Source of the DNA: a virus
Taxonomy: Duplodnaviria; Caudoviricetes
DNA length: 64,000 nt
Virus record (IMG/VR): IMGVR_UViG_3300031992_002338
Reading direction: 5' to 3' (one strand)
The notes below the pieces were generated by a model. It worked only from the letters and a program-made list of their open reading frames with translations. It was not told the origin of the DNA and made no database searches. The position numbers and the translations under genes were made by a program. Positions 55,647-64,000 of this stretch are shown one piece after another (position 1 is the stretch's first letter; the number at the start of each line of letters is the position of its first letter).

Positions 55647-56372
55647 TCACTTAACATTTACCACTTCGCCATCATCTATTATACAATTTGGCGGGATGTT
55701 GTTCAATGTATACAAACCATACTTATGATTTTGGTCATTAAAAAATTTAATATTTTTTGGTAGTTTATTGACATCAATCTTCAAAATAGAATATATACCA
55801 TCATTAAAATCCCTTGTTGCATAATTATTCAATGCTTTAGCAGAATTCACGATTTCAGAAGTTGGAGTATCTCCTTTTAAAAAATAAACTCTGCTTGGAT
55901 AGTTAAACAATATGTTTTTACTGTATGGACATAAACCAATTCTTTTTATCTTGTCCTTATTTGAATGATGAGTCACGTGATATAATATATCATCAATTTC
56001 TTGTTCCTCTTCCTCAAACTTTGGCTCGTAGTGTATTCTATCTAAACCATCCATTGACATCCTAATAGATTCAAAATATTCACATAGGTTCATTGCCTTG
56101 TCAACACGTTCTTGAAATCTTTCATTTTTGGGTAAGTCAATTGCAATGCATTTAACACCATTGTTCTCATAATCGTGCATATAGAATCTAGGTATATTGA
56201 AGTATTCCATAACATATCTCATCATTGTCTCAAATGGATACGTCTTAATTAAACCCTCATTCAGATTTTCACTGCACATATCAATGGACAACGGATTGTC
56301 ATAAGACACACTAACTTGTTCTTCAAAAAGACTCCTATATTGATGTTCTGAAATCCTAACTTTTTTATTCAT
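55647..56372 (-). CDS. Leader-bearing protein with C-terminal ADP-ribosyltransferase-like (Tpt1/KptA-like) domain
   Basis: KVRISEHQYRSLFEE, LNEG; LYHVT..N...I...GL.P, RVYF, ILKID, IPPNCI. Confidence 0.65.
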   Translation of the reverse strand: MNKKVRISEHQYRSLFEEQVSVSYDNPLSIDMCSENLNEGLIKTYPFETMMRYVMEYFNIPRFYMHDYENNGVKCIAIDLPKNERFQERVDKAMNLCEYFESIRMSMDGLDRIHYEPKFEEEEQEIDDILYHVTHHSNKDKIKRIGLCPYSKNILFNYPSRVYFLKGDTPTSEIVNSAKALNNYATRDFNDGIYSILKIDVNKLPKNIKFFNDQNHKYGLYTLNNIPPNCIIDDGEVVNVK

Positions 56373-56937
56373 TACTATTTGCTGCCTTTTTAAGTTTCTC
56401 CATTAAATCGCCATCTTGTGTAATGGAATTACGCCAGTTCATATAAGCATCACGGACTTTACCAATAGTTCTAGCATTTGTTTCACTTAATTGCATAGCA
56501 TCGCACCATAAATAACAGCCATCGGCCCCAGAAGGGTCTGAGTATCTAAATTGAAAAGTAAGATTTAATGATGGTATCTTACCATCAAGTGTCATATCAT
56601 CTGCATCAGGATAATATTTCAATGCATTACTTTCAAATTTAATGTTATCATTAATTGTTTTACGCAATGCCTCTTCTTGTGATGTTCTTACATCACCGAA
56701 CTGTGGGGTATCCTTCTTTATTTCAAATGTTTTTTTGTGGTCATCATCAAGCACTTCCTCTGTCAAGACTTTTTTTTTATCAACAGCCTCTTCCATAAGA
56801 ATCTTAGACCTTGTTATAAAGTTATCAGGTTCGACTTCCTCTTTAACGAACACTTGCGATGCTTGTTTTGCTTGATTAACTCTTCCTTGTCTCAAAGTAG
56901 CTAACATCTTCTTTGTAATACTCATTTCACTTGCCAT
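56365..56937 (-). CDS. hypothetical protein
   Basis: Operon ORF; ILMEE/VLTEE motifs. Confidence 0.7.
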   Translation of the reverse strand: MASEMSITKKMLATLRQGRVNQAKQASQVFVKEEVEPDNFITRSKILMEEAVDKKKVLTEEVLDDDHKKTFEIKKDTPQFGDVRTSQEEALRKTINDNIKFESNALKYYPDADDMTLDGKIPSLNLTFQFRYSDPSGADGCYLWCDAMQLSETNARTIGKVRDAYMNWRNSITQDGDLMEKLKKAANSNE

Positions 56938-56940
56938 ATA

Positions 56941-57372
56941 TTAGTAATCCATTTCTTGACCGTTCCAGAGATAACCAAATATATTGTCTATTCTTTGATT
57001 AACCCTCTCGTTATTTACTTTTTTGATTTCTGTAATCTTTTCTTTAGCTTTCTCAACCATTTCCTCTTCGTTCATGGTGAGTAGTTCGTCTAAATTGTTG
57101 TTTTTTTCTACCAATATCTCACTAGCAACGTGTCTCATAACTTGCTCTTGAAATACCTTGTCATCTTCTGGCTCATTCTCCACTACAACTGACTTATCGG
57201 ATTCCTTATATAAATCCTCATAGTTTAACTCAGGTTTTTCTACCTCAACTACTTCCTCAGTCTGTACTGGTTCAGTTATTGCCACTTCTTCTATCTTTTC
57301 AACTTTTTTAGCCGCAACTTTCTTTGTTGTTTTCTTGGCTGTAGTTTTCTTTACAGTTTCTTTCTTTGCCAT
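56941..57372 (-). CDS. hypothetical protein with histone-like K/A/T N-terminus
   Basis: MAKKETVKKTTAKKTTKK; ATATTTATA at 57394-57402. Confidence 0.7.
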   Translation of the reverse strand: MAKKETVKKTTAKKTTKKVAAKKVEKIEEVAITEPVQTEEVVEVEKPELNYEDLYKESDKSVVVENEPEDDKVFQEQVMRHVASEILVEKNNNLDELLTMNEEEMVEKAKEKITEIKKVNNERVNQRIDNIFGYLWNGQEMDY

Positions 57373-57404
57373 ATCATTATAACTTTTACTAATTATAAAT
57401 ATTA

Positions 57405-58145
57405 TTAAACAAATAATTCTTCCAAATCATCATATAATAATATTTTGGAACGTAACTTTCTTAAGCTTACTAATTTTATTTGTCTAACCCTCTCACTACT
57501 CAAATTATATTTTTTGCCAATTTCACTTAAGGTCAATTCTTTGTTGCTATTAAGACCATAATAGTTTTCAATAATGTCACGTTCTCTATCTGATAATGTA
57601 CCTATTATACTTGTGATGATATTTCTCTGGTTCTCAGTCACTTCTCTACTCTTTTCATCATTTTCATTTGATAAATCATTGTTGAATGAGACATCATCTT
57701 CATCATCCTCAATAAGTTTCTTATCCATTGAGGCATCATTATCTATATTTGGCTCTATCTCAACAAAATTAATGGTATTTTTCTTCTTAATAGATTCAAG
57801 CATCGCTTGTCTAATCCACCATACTGCATACGATATAAATTTTACATCTTTCGATTCATCAAATTTATCAATCGCCTTTAATAGCCCCATATTCCCATCC
57901 GATATAAGCTCTGAAATAGGTACTCCACGACCTGTGTAGTGCTTGGCAATATCGAAAACAAACCTAAGATTGGCTTCTAATATTTCATTTTTAGCTTTTA
58001 GATTACCTTTCTTACATTTCTTCAGCAAGCGTTTTTCTTTCGCTTTCGTAAGAGGTTTGTATTTTTTCAAGTCATCATAATAGGCCCTAACGGTTTCTGT
58101 AAAATCATTAGCATATTGGTTCATATTGATTGGTAATATTAACAT
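57405..58145 (-). CDS. RNA polymerase sigma70-family factor
   Basis: ANLRFV, GNMGLLKAIDKFD..KFISYAVWWIRQ, LTLSEIG..SSERVRQI. Confidence 0.92.
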   Translation of the reverse strand: MLILPINMNQYANDFTETVRAYYDDLKKYKPLTKAKEKRLLKKCKKGNLKAKNEILEANLRFVFDIAKHYTGRGVPISELISDGNMGLLKAIDKFDESKDVKFISYAVWWIRQAMLESIKKKNTINFVEIEPNIDNDASMDKKLIEDDEDDVSFNNDLSNENDEKSREVTENQRNIITSIIGTLSDRERDIIENYYGLNSNKELTLSEIGKKYNLSSERVRQIKLVSLRKLRSKILLYDDLEELFV

Positions 58146-60514
58146 TATTTCAAAACAATCTTTGAAATATTATTTTCTTTTTTAACTACAACGTTATCAT
58201 CACACCAGTCTTTTATCTCATCATTATGGCTTATTATCCACACAAAATCGTATGACTCGGCAATTTTATGGCATAAATGTTTTATATTATCGTAGTTCTC
58301 TTTTGCTACACGTCCAAAAATTTCATCCCAAACAACTGTATTCATTCTTGGTATCGTTGACATATCAGCCAACACTGCTCTCAGTGCCAATGCTGACGCT
58401 GTAAGCTCAAATCCACTACCACTACTTAGGTCTGAATAGACACCATCTTTAACAAGATAGAACATAACCTCATTCTTTAGGTTAATTCCGACTTCCACAT
58501 CAAAGTCGCACACGTCACCAAGCAACTGAGCCAACCTTGCATTAATAATAGGCAATGTCTTTCTAAGTACCATCTTAGTAATACCATTCTTTCCAACAAG
58601 CTCAAGATAAATCTTCCAGTTCTTAATTAAAACCTCTTCCTCCTTAATCTTATTGATAAGTTTCATTCGAGTTTCAATCTGCTCTCTCTGGTTCTTCATA
58701 TCAGATTCATTCTTTGCAATGAAAGATGCATTACTCTCTCTAGTGTTACGCTTGTCACGAATGAATGCATCAGTATTTCTAATCTGGATGTTTATCTCAT
58801 TATTTTTATCAATAGCCTCACTATTTTTCTCATACTCATCTTTTATATGCTTTTTTTCCTTATATTCGTTTCTTAAACGCTCGACATTTACTTCTAGTGC
58901 AGACTTCTTGATTGTCAACTGTGACTTTTTATTATATTGCTCTCTATTCGCTTTCTGCTTGTCTATCTTCTCTTGTATCGTTTTTTGTTCTTCTCTCTTT
59001 TTCTTACCTTCGTTACTAATCTCTTCTACCTCATGTCCTAATATGCAAAGTTTGGCTTGGTCGAAATTTTGCATTTCTCTTCCACAAACTGGGCACAATC
59101 TACTTGACTGAAGGTGTTTGTAATTCTTGTCTGCTGTTCTATACCTCTCAGTTATTACAGCAATCTCAGAATTTACCTTAGATAATTCCTCTTGGAGTTT
59201 GTCGTACTCTTCTACTGAGAAATCAACCTCTCCTATTTCTTGTATCTCTTTGTCGATAAGTTTTATTTCCTCGCTTTTTTTCTTACCTTCGGCAACATCG
59301 TTTGCCATTCTAGCCTTGAGTGTGGTAATATCAATTTTCAGAAGATTCTCATCAATTTGCCTCTTAGAAGATAGTAATGCTGATTTATTGTTTTCTAGAT
59401 TGGCAATTTCTTTTTCTAAACTAGAATTTTCTTTGATATATTTCTTATTCTCTGCTGCCAAAGTCTTGATATTAAGTTCGTAAGCACTAATCTCTTGTCT
59501 CAATGTCTCTTCATTGAACTGGTTTGATACCAACCTTGTTTTAACCTCTGAATTGAATTTCTCCCTAGCAAGAATATCTTTTTCCTCAATAGGAAGCAAA
59601 CCAATCCATCTTGACAGTAATCTACCTCTTTCAGCTTCTTTTTTATTAACAAGGTCATCTAATGAAGACTCTGTAACAGACATAATCAAGTCGAAATCGC
59701 TTTCTCTTCCTATCGCCTCTTTTATAACTTTATTTGTCTGGATACTATTCTCTTCTTGCTGATTATCAATGTAGTCTTCCAACTCTTCTTTATTATCACC
59801 AATAACCTTGTAATATTCTACTCTCTGTGTGGTTTTGCTCTTGGAAGTTCTTTTATCGAGAGCTGGTCTTGACAATGTTCTCTTGATAATATAATCTACG
59901 CCATCAATGTTGATGCAACCCTCAACAACAACGTTAATAGCTTCTGGTATGTGTTTATTGAATATCTTATCTTGTGTTGCAACCTTGGTAGTTTTTCCAA
60001 ACAACAAGAAATGCAGCAAATCTATGGCAAATGTTGTCTTACCACTCTGATTTGCTGGCTCACCACTCAACAATACAAGATGCTTGATACTTGTGAAGTC
60101 GAAATAGTTATCCTCGCCATAACTTAGAAAATTGCTCCACTTAATCCACTTGATAGAATACCTCCTATACTTGTCATATACTTGGTAGTCAATTTGGGCA
60201 TTAATCTCAGAGTCAATCTTCTTTATTAACTCGAAGTCATAGTCAGTTATCTTATTGACATTGAGATAGTCTTGGAACAATTTTAACTGGAATTGAGGGT
60301 CTTGAATGTTCTGAATAATGTCAGTTGCCAATGCAATATCCCCACTACCATCATTTGATATAATAAACTCTGGTATGACTTTTATTCTATCTTTTGGAAT
60401 TTCATATTTCTTGCTAGCTTTAGCAATCAACGAATTAAGCTTCTCCTTAGAATAATCATAAGGAGAAACCTTCCAGTGTATATTTACTTTTGATTTACTT
60501 TTAATGTCAATCAT
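58145..60514 (-). CDS. SbcC/Rad50 (gp46-like) recombination ATPase
   Basis: NFLSYG, Walker A NQSGKTT, coiled coil with CPVC hook, SGSGFE signature, WDE, IISH. Confidence 0.9.
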   Translation of the reverse strand: MIDIKSKSKVNIHWKVSPYDYSKEKLNSLIAKASKKYEIPKDRIKVIPEFIISNDGSGDIALATDIIQNIQDPQFQLKLFQDYLNVNKITDYDFELIKKIDSEINAQIDYQVYDKYRRYSIKWIKWSNFLSYGEDNYFDFTSIKHLVLLSGEPANQSGKTTFAIDLLHFLLFGKTTKVATQDKIFNKHIPEAINVVVEGCINIDGVDYIIKRTLSRPALDKRTSKSKTTQRVEYYKVIGDNKEELEDYIDNQQEENSIQTNKVIKEAIGRESDFDLIMSVTESSLDDLVNKKEAERGRLLSRWIGLLPIEEKDILAREKFNSEVKTRLVSNQFNEETLRQEISAYELNIKTLAAENKKYIKENSSLEKEIANLENNKSALLSSKRQIDENLLKIDITTLKARMANDVAEGKKKSEEIKLIDKEIQEIGEVDFSVEEYDKLQEELSKVNSEIAVITERYRTADKNYKHLQSSRLCPVCGREMQNFDQAKLCILGHEVEEISNEGKKKREEQKTIQEKIDKQKANREQYNKKSQLTIKKSALEVNVERLRNEYKEKKHIKDEYEKNSEAIDKNNEINIQIRNTDAFIRDKRNTRESNASFIAKNESDMKNQREQIETRMKLINKIKEEEVLIKNWKIYLELVGKNGITKMVLRKTLPIINARLAQLLGDVCDFDVEVGINLKNEVMFYLVKDGVYSDLSSGSGFELTASALALRAVLADMSTIPRMNTVVWDEIFGRVAKENYDNIKHLCHKIAESYDFVWIISHNDEIKDWCDDNVVVKKENNISKIVLK

Positions 60515-60662
60515 GTTTAATTTTTATTAATTGATGTTTTCCAATTTTTTCATTATATATTTGATAAGCAACAGTTTCTCCACGATTGTTTTTTAATACT
60601 GGAACAAGCTTACCTATGGAATACAAATATTCAAACCCAAATATTCTTCTCTTCTTTCTCAT
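60507..60662 (-). CDS. 51-aa small protein
   Basis: MRKKRRIFGFEYLYSIGK...; overlaps both neighbours. Confidence 0.5.
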   Translation of the reverse strand: MRKKRRIFGFEYLYSIGKLVPVLKNNRGETVAYQIYNEKIGKHQLIKIKHD

Positions 60663-61015
60663 TGTTTCTTAATAATTCGTATTTTTCTTACTGTTACATT
60701 TTCTTTTCTTTCTTCAGTTGGTTGACTTTCTTCTTCTGAGTGGTCAACAAATCTGCTAGGATGTCCTTCATCTTGTTTTCCCTCATCCTCTGTGCGAGAT
60801 TCCTTTTTCTTTGTACTTGAGGCATTTTTCTTAATGTCTTTAATTCCGTTATTTTCCCTGTCAATATTGTCTTTTGGTGATACACCGAACTTAACGATAT
60901 TAAAGCCTTGCATTGCGCATCTATTTGCAAATGCGTTGATGTCTTCGATATCGTTAAACTCGCAATAAGACCTAATAGATTTTTCTAATGTAGAATTAAT
61001 ATATAATCTAGCCAT
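60659..61015 (-). CDS. hypothetical protein
   Basis: First ORF after promoter 61030-61061. Confidence 0.7.
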   Translation of the reverse strand: MARLYINSTLEKSIRSYCEFNDIEDINAFANRCAMQGFNIVKFGVSPKDNIDRENNGIKDIKKNASSTKKKESRTEDEGKQDEGHPSRFVDHSEEESQPTEERKENVTVRKIRIIKKQ

Positions 61016-61029
61016 TTAACATATTTTTG

Positions 61030-61061
61030 CAAATATATATAAAATTTATATAAATTCCAAA
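61030..61061 (-). promoter_or_regulatory. Bacteroidota-type promoter
   Basis: TTTG-N20-TATATTTG. Confidence 0.7.
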
Positions 61062-61124
61062 TATTTGTTAAATTATATTTAAATTTATAATAATATATTG
61101 TATTTTTTAATAAAATATATTAAA

Positions 61125-61895
61125 ATGGATATTAAGAATAATATTATACTAGGACTTGACATCAGTACAAAAACAATTGGTTTTTGCTTGTTAGAAGATA
61201 ATGGAACTGAATATGGTAAAATATTAGAACTTACTCACATAAACCCAAAAGTTTCATCTAAAATATGTTCTACTGAACAACTATTTTTAAAGAAAAAAAT
61301 TTTTAAAGAATTTATACTAAAATACAAAGATTTAGGCATTAAAACAGTAGTAATAGAAAGTCCATTACTTAGGTCAAATAATGTAAATACTGTTTCAACT
61401 TTATTAAAATTCAATGGAATGATTTCAGATTGCATTTACAATGTGCTAGGGATTGTCCCTCAATATATATCATCATATGAAGCAAGAGAATATGCATTTC
61501 CTGACTTAATGGCAACTAGAAAATATGGTAAAGATGGAAAGCAATACCCATTTTCAAAAATACATAAAGAAATTAAAGATTGTAAATTAGTCTTATTTGG
61601 TAGCTATCCTTGGGCAATTGACAAAAAAATTGTTATGCAAGAAAAGGTTGCAGAAATATTCCCAGATATAAAATGGATTTATGATAAAAAAGGCGAATTA
61701 AAGAAAGAAAATTACGATGCAGTAGACAGTTTTGTTTGCTTAATAGGTTGGCTAAATAAACAAAGATTTGGAGAACTTAAATTTTCTAGCGAAATTATCG
61801 GTGAATCAAACGATGGAAAAGGAACAAGGGAAATTTTGTACGTTGTTAAATATTGGAATAAAACTGAAGAAAGAAAGACTTTCATAAACTATTAA
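61125..61895 (+). CDS. RuvC-like Holliday junction resolvase
   Basis: ILGLDISTKTIG, VIESP, YDAVDS; ATG start at 61125. Confidence 0.78.
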   Translation: MDIKNNIILGLDISTKTIGFCLLEDNGTEYGKILELTHINPKVSSKICSTEQLFLKKKIFKEFILKYKDLGIKTVVIESPLLRSNNVNTVSTLLKFNGMISDCIYNVLGIVPQYISSYEAREYAFPDLMATRKYGKDGKQYPFSKIHKEIKDCKLVLFGSYPWAIDKKIVMQEKVAEIFPDIKWIYDKKGELKKENYDAVDSFVCLIGWLNKQRFGELKFSSEIIGESNDGKGTREILYVVKYWNKTEERKTFINY

Positions 61896-61900
61896 AAAAG

Positions 61901-61933
61901 AAAAGCGAGATTCAACAAAGAGTCTCGCTTTTT
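61901..61933. terminator. Bidirectional terminator
   Basis: AAAAGCGAGA/TCTCGCTTTT between convergent genes. Confidence 0.72.
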
Positions 61934-61936
61934 GAT

Positions 61937-63487
61937 TTAATATATTGCGACATTAAATGTCTCTAACTTTTTATGCGCATTCATCATTGCATGAAATTCA
62001 GCCTTAAGCTGTTCAATTGTTTTCTTTTTTCTTGTATTGCTTGCTTGTGGTACTCTATCAGCCCATTCAATACCATCGACACTCTCACTATTATATGTTG
62101 CTGTATATTTATGCTTAGAATGTGTACCATTCCAATAGAAAAATTCAGATTTGCATATGTTCTTATCTAAGTATATAACTTTTACATTTTTATTTTTCCA
62201 AGAAACATAGTTAAATGATAATTGGTCTCTGTGTGACCCATTTTTTAACTCCTTAAACCAATCTTCCATCAATTTAATACAATCTGGTTTATTATGTTTT
62301 CTTAAGATAATGTTGCTCTGTAATAAACCATATTTTTCTGGAAACCCTTCTTTTTTGTATTTTTCCATTTGAGGCTTTGTTATATTACTTTTGTCTTTAC
62401 CCATTCTTACAACTGCATTTGCTTCTGCATAAATACAGTTTCTTTGTGGGTGTTTCGGAACATATACTGAACAATCAGATGTCATTACATTTTTAACAAA
62501 CTTATTAAGGTCTCCTTTAAGTGTGACATTCCCATCAACCCAAATTGATATATCATATTCACTAAGTAAAAGATGTGGGTTTATTTTAACAAATCTCTGT
62601 TTTTTAATTTGAGATAATCCTTCAGTTTCTTTTGGTAACGGTCTTATATCCCAAATATCGCTTTTTAACGTTTTATTGTCAGTAAAACATATATAATCAA
62701 ATCCTTCTGTTATGTGTTTAGGATTTATTAACGAATCGTATTCACCAGTTATACAAGTATATACAACATTTTTGTTTTTTTCATTTGACCACAACTTTTT
62801 ATGTATTTTAAGCCATTCATCAATAGTTCTGTTATGAATTTTTGTGGTTGTATCCATCCAAGAAGCATTGTTATAGTGTTCGATATAATCTGATACTTTT
62901 ATATCTCTATGTTTCAACCCTATTGAGTCTTTACACAGTACTGCGCCAGTATCATACATATCTCCAAGTGGTGTTTTTCTTAGTCCATGCATAAAATTGT
63001 CATCAAAATAATGTATGTTATGCTTTTTGCACATTTCAGTATTTATGAAACATATGAATGGTAATATTCTATTTATTTTTGATGTTGGCTGATTTTGAAG
63101 TTCTCCAACATATATACAATCATCTTGGAATAAATCAGAACAATCTCTTTTTAATAGAACATCTGAATCCATAAGTATGAAATTATCGTTTATAATTTCC
63201 ATACTTTTTTCAACACTAATACAATGTTTTGCGCTGCCCCAATAGTTTCTTCTACCTCCAGACATCTTTCTATTAGGATAATTTTCAAGCCACTTATCAA
63301 AATTGATTATCTGACCTTTTGTATTATCAAAAACAGTGACGTTATCAAATTTAGCTGTAAAAGGTTTTTCATTACTATTATCAAAAATATAAATAATAGC
63401 ATCCTTTACAAATAAATTAATACTCCTTACCAAACACTCAGTAAGGTAAGGAGTATTATAATGTACTATTAGTATGTTTTTATCCAT
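61937..63487 (-). CDS. Two-domain glycosyltransferase (GT-A plus DUF616/TOD1-like)
   Basis: IVHYNT, FDNS, MDSDV; VYTCITGEYD, CFTDN, WVDGN, HPQRNCIY, RDQLSFNY. Confidence 0.8.
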   Translation of the reverse strand: MDKNILIVHYNTPYLTECLVRSINLFVKDAIIYIFDNSNEKPFTAKFDNVTVFDNTKGQIINFDKWLENYPNRKMSGGRRNYWGSAKHCISVEKSMEIINDNFILMDSDVLLKRDCSDLFQDDCIYVGELQNQPTSKINRILPFICFINTEMCKKHNIHYFDDNFMHGLRKTPLGDMYDTGAVLCKDSIGLKHRDIKVSDYIEHYNNASWMDTTTKIHNRTIDEWLKIHKKLWSNEKNKNVVYTCITGEYDSLINPKHITEGFDYICFTDNKTLKSDIWDIRPLPKETEGLSQIKKQRFVKINPHLLLSEYDISIWVDGNVTLKGDLNKFVKNVMTSDCSVYVPKHPQRNCIYAEANAVVRMGKDKSNITKPQMEKYKKEGFPEKYGLLQSNIILRKHNKPDCIKLMEDWFKELKNGSHRDQLSFNYVSWKNKNVKVIYLDKNICKSEFFYWNGTHSKHKYTATYNSESVDGIEWADRVPQASNTRKKKTIEQLKAEFHAMMNAHKKLETFNVAIY

Positions 63488-63506
63488 CGTTAACTATATG
63501 TAAAAA

Positions 63507-64000
63507 TTATTTTTCAATACCTTTTGAATACCCGTAGTTATATCCAGCTTCGTTATCAAAACCTAATTTAGGGTTTTTCTTATAGTTATCCCACGCTTTA
63601 TCGCTTGCGTCACTTGCAATTCTTTGTTGTTTAGTTCTTGCATCAACGCTACCATATTTATCATTATGGTATCTTGGTCTTGCAGCTGCTCTGCCCCTAA
63701 CTGCATTTAAAGCAAAATTTCCACGAGGGGTGTCACCAATCTCATTTAAATAGTTTTTTACAGATTCTTTAATAAGTCTATGCAAATCTGATTCCGTTAA
63801 TTTAATAATTTGCTTGTTCATTTTAGTATCTTTTTTAGATTCATTTGACCAACCTTTTCCATTTACATAATGAGATTTCCCACTATTAAAATCTTCAACA
63901 TCCTTCTCAGCATCACGGAATTTTTTACCCATATCATTATTACCATAGAATTCCTCTGGGGTTGTTTCGTGGGCATAATCCCACATTCTAGTCCTTCCAT
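63507..64000 (-). CDS. RLTESDL-motif protein (5' part probably outside the window)
   Basis: Internal MNKQIIKLTESDLHRLIKESVKNYLNE. Confidence 0.7.
   Translation of the reverse strand, partial: GRTRMWDYAHETTPEEFYGNNDMGKKFRDAEKDVEDFNSGKSHYVNGKGWSNESKKDTKMNKQIIKLTESDLHRLIKESVKNYLNEIGDTPRGNFALNAVRGRAAARPRYHNDKYGSVDARTKQQRIASDASDKAWDNYKKNPKLGFDNEAGYNYGYSKGIEK

Noticed and set aside
1229-63415. Many short ORFs antisense to or nested in long minus-strand genes
   Set aside because: Shadow frames with no recognisable motifs.
1-64000. Stop-codon reassignment (TAG to Gln, as in Lak megaphages)
   Set aside because: Conserved genes (dnaK, tyrS, rtcB, nadE, Rad50-like) are full length in code 11. TAG ends several genes at natural boundaries. 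Both tRNA-Gln have ordinary anticodons and no suppressor tRNA was seen.
1-64000. Bacterial chromosome origin (because of dnaK, tyrS, infC, clpP)
   Set aside because: Host-like genes are divergent and scattered among phage hallmarks (tail fibre, gp46-like ATPase, homing endonucleases, many small unknown ORFs) and lack their bacterial operon context, e.g. no rpmI/rplT after infC.

Overview
AT-rich, densely coding 64-kb segment of a large (jumbo-type) tailed phage genome, mostly transcribed on the minus strand and read with the standard genetic code. About 18 intergenic TTTG-N19/20-TAnnTTTG promoters point to a Bacteroidota (Prevotella/Bacteroides-like) host. Recognisable content: two tRNA clusters (Gln, Glu, Glu; Gln, Leu x3); host-like genes (ssb, rtcB, nadE, tyrS, infC, dnaK/dnaJ, clpP, telA, two sigma70-family factors); nucleases (Rad50/gp46-like ATPase, RuvC-like, PD-(D/E)xK, T5orf172, HNH, two Zn-repeat homing endonucleases); a Mom-like DNA modifier; a glycosyltransferase; and a receptor-binding module (S74-chaperoned tail fibre, BspA-LRR protein, DGR-target-like C-type lectin). 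Top leads: (1) about 11 unrelated proteins share an 'IIRLTESDLxxIVxESVxRILxE' leader and are often preceded by an ATATTTATA motif. This suggests a capsid-targeting/injected-cargo system that includes ADP-ribosyltransferase-like cargo. (2) A tRNA-Leu(UAA) is split by a 776-nt group I intron carrying an HNH endonuclease. (3) Non-tRNA structured RNAs lie inside the tRNA clusters, including stem-ACAGCAA elements (one with an anticodon-loop mimic), in a genome that also has RtcB and a Ro/TROVE-like DUF2828 vWA protein. (4) Host-type promoters are fused to terminators so that the -33 box sits in the hairpin loop, and a sigma54 promoter precedes dnaK. All calls come from manual motif recognition; no searches were run.
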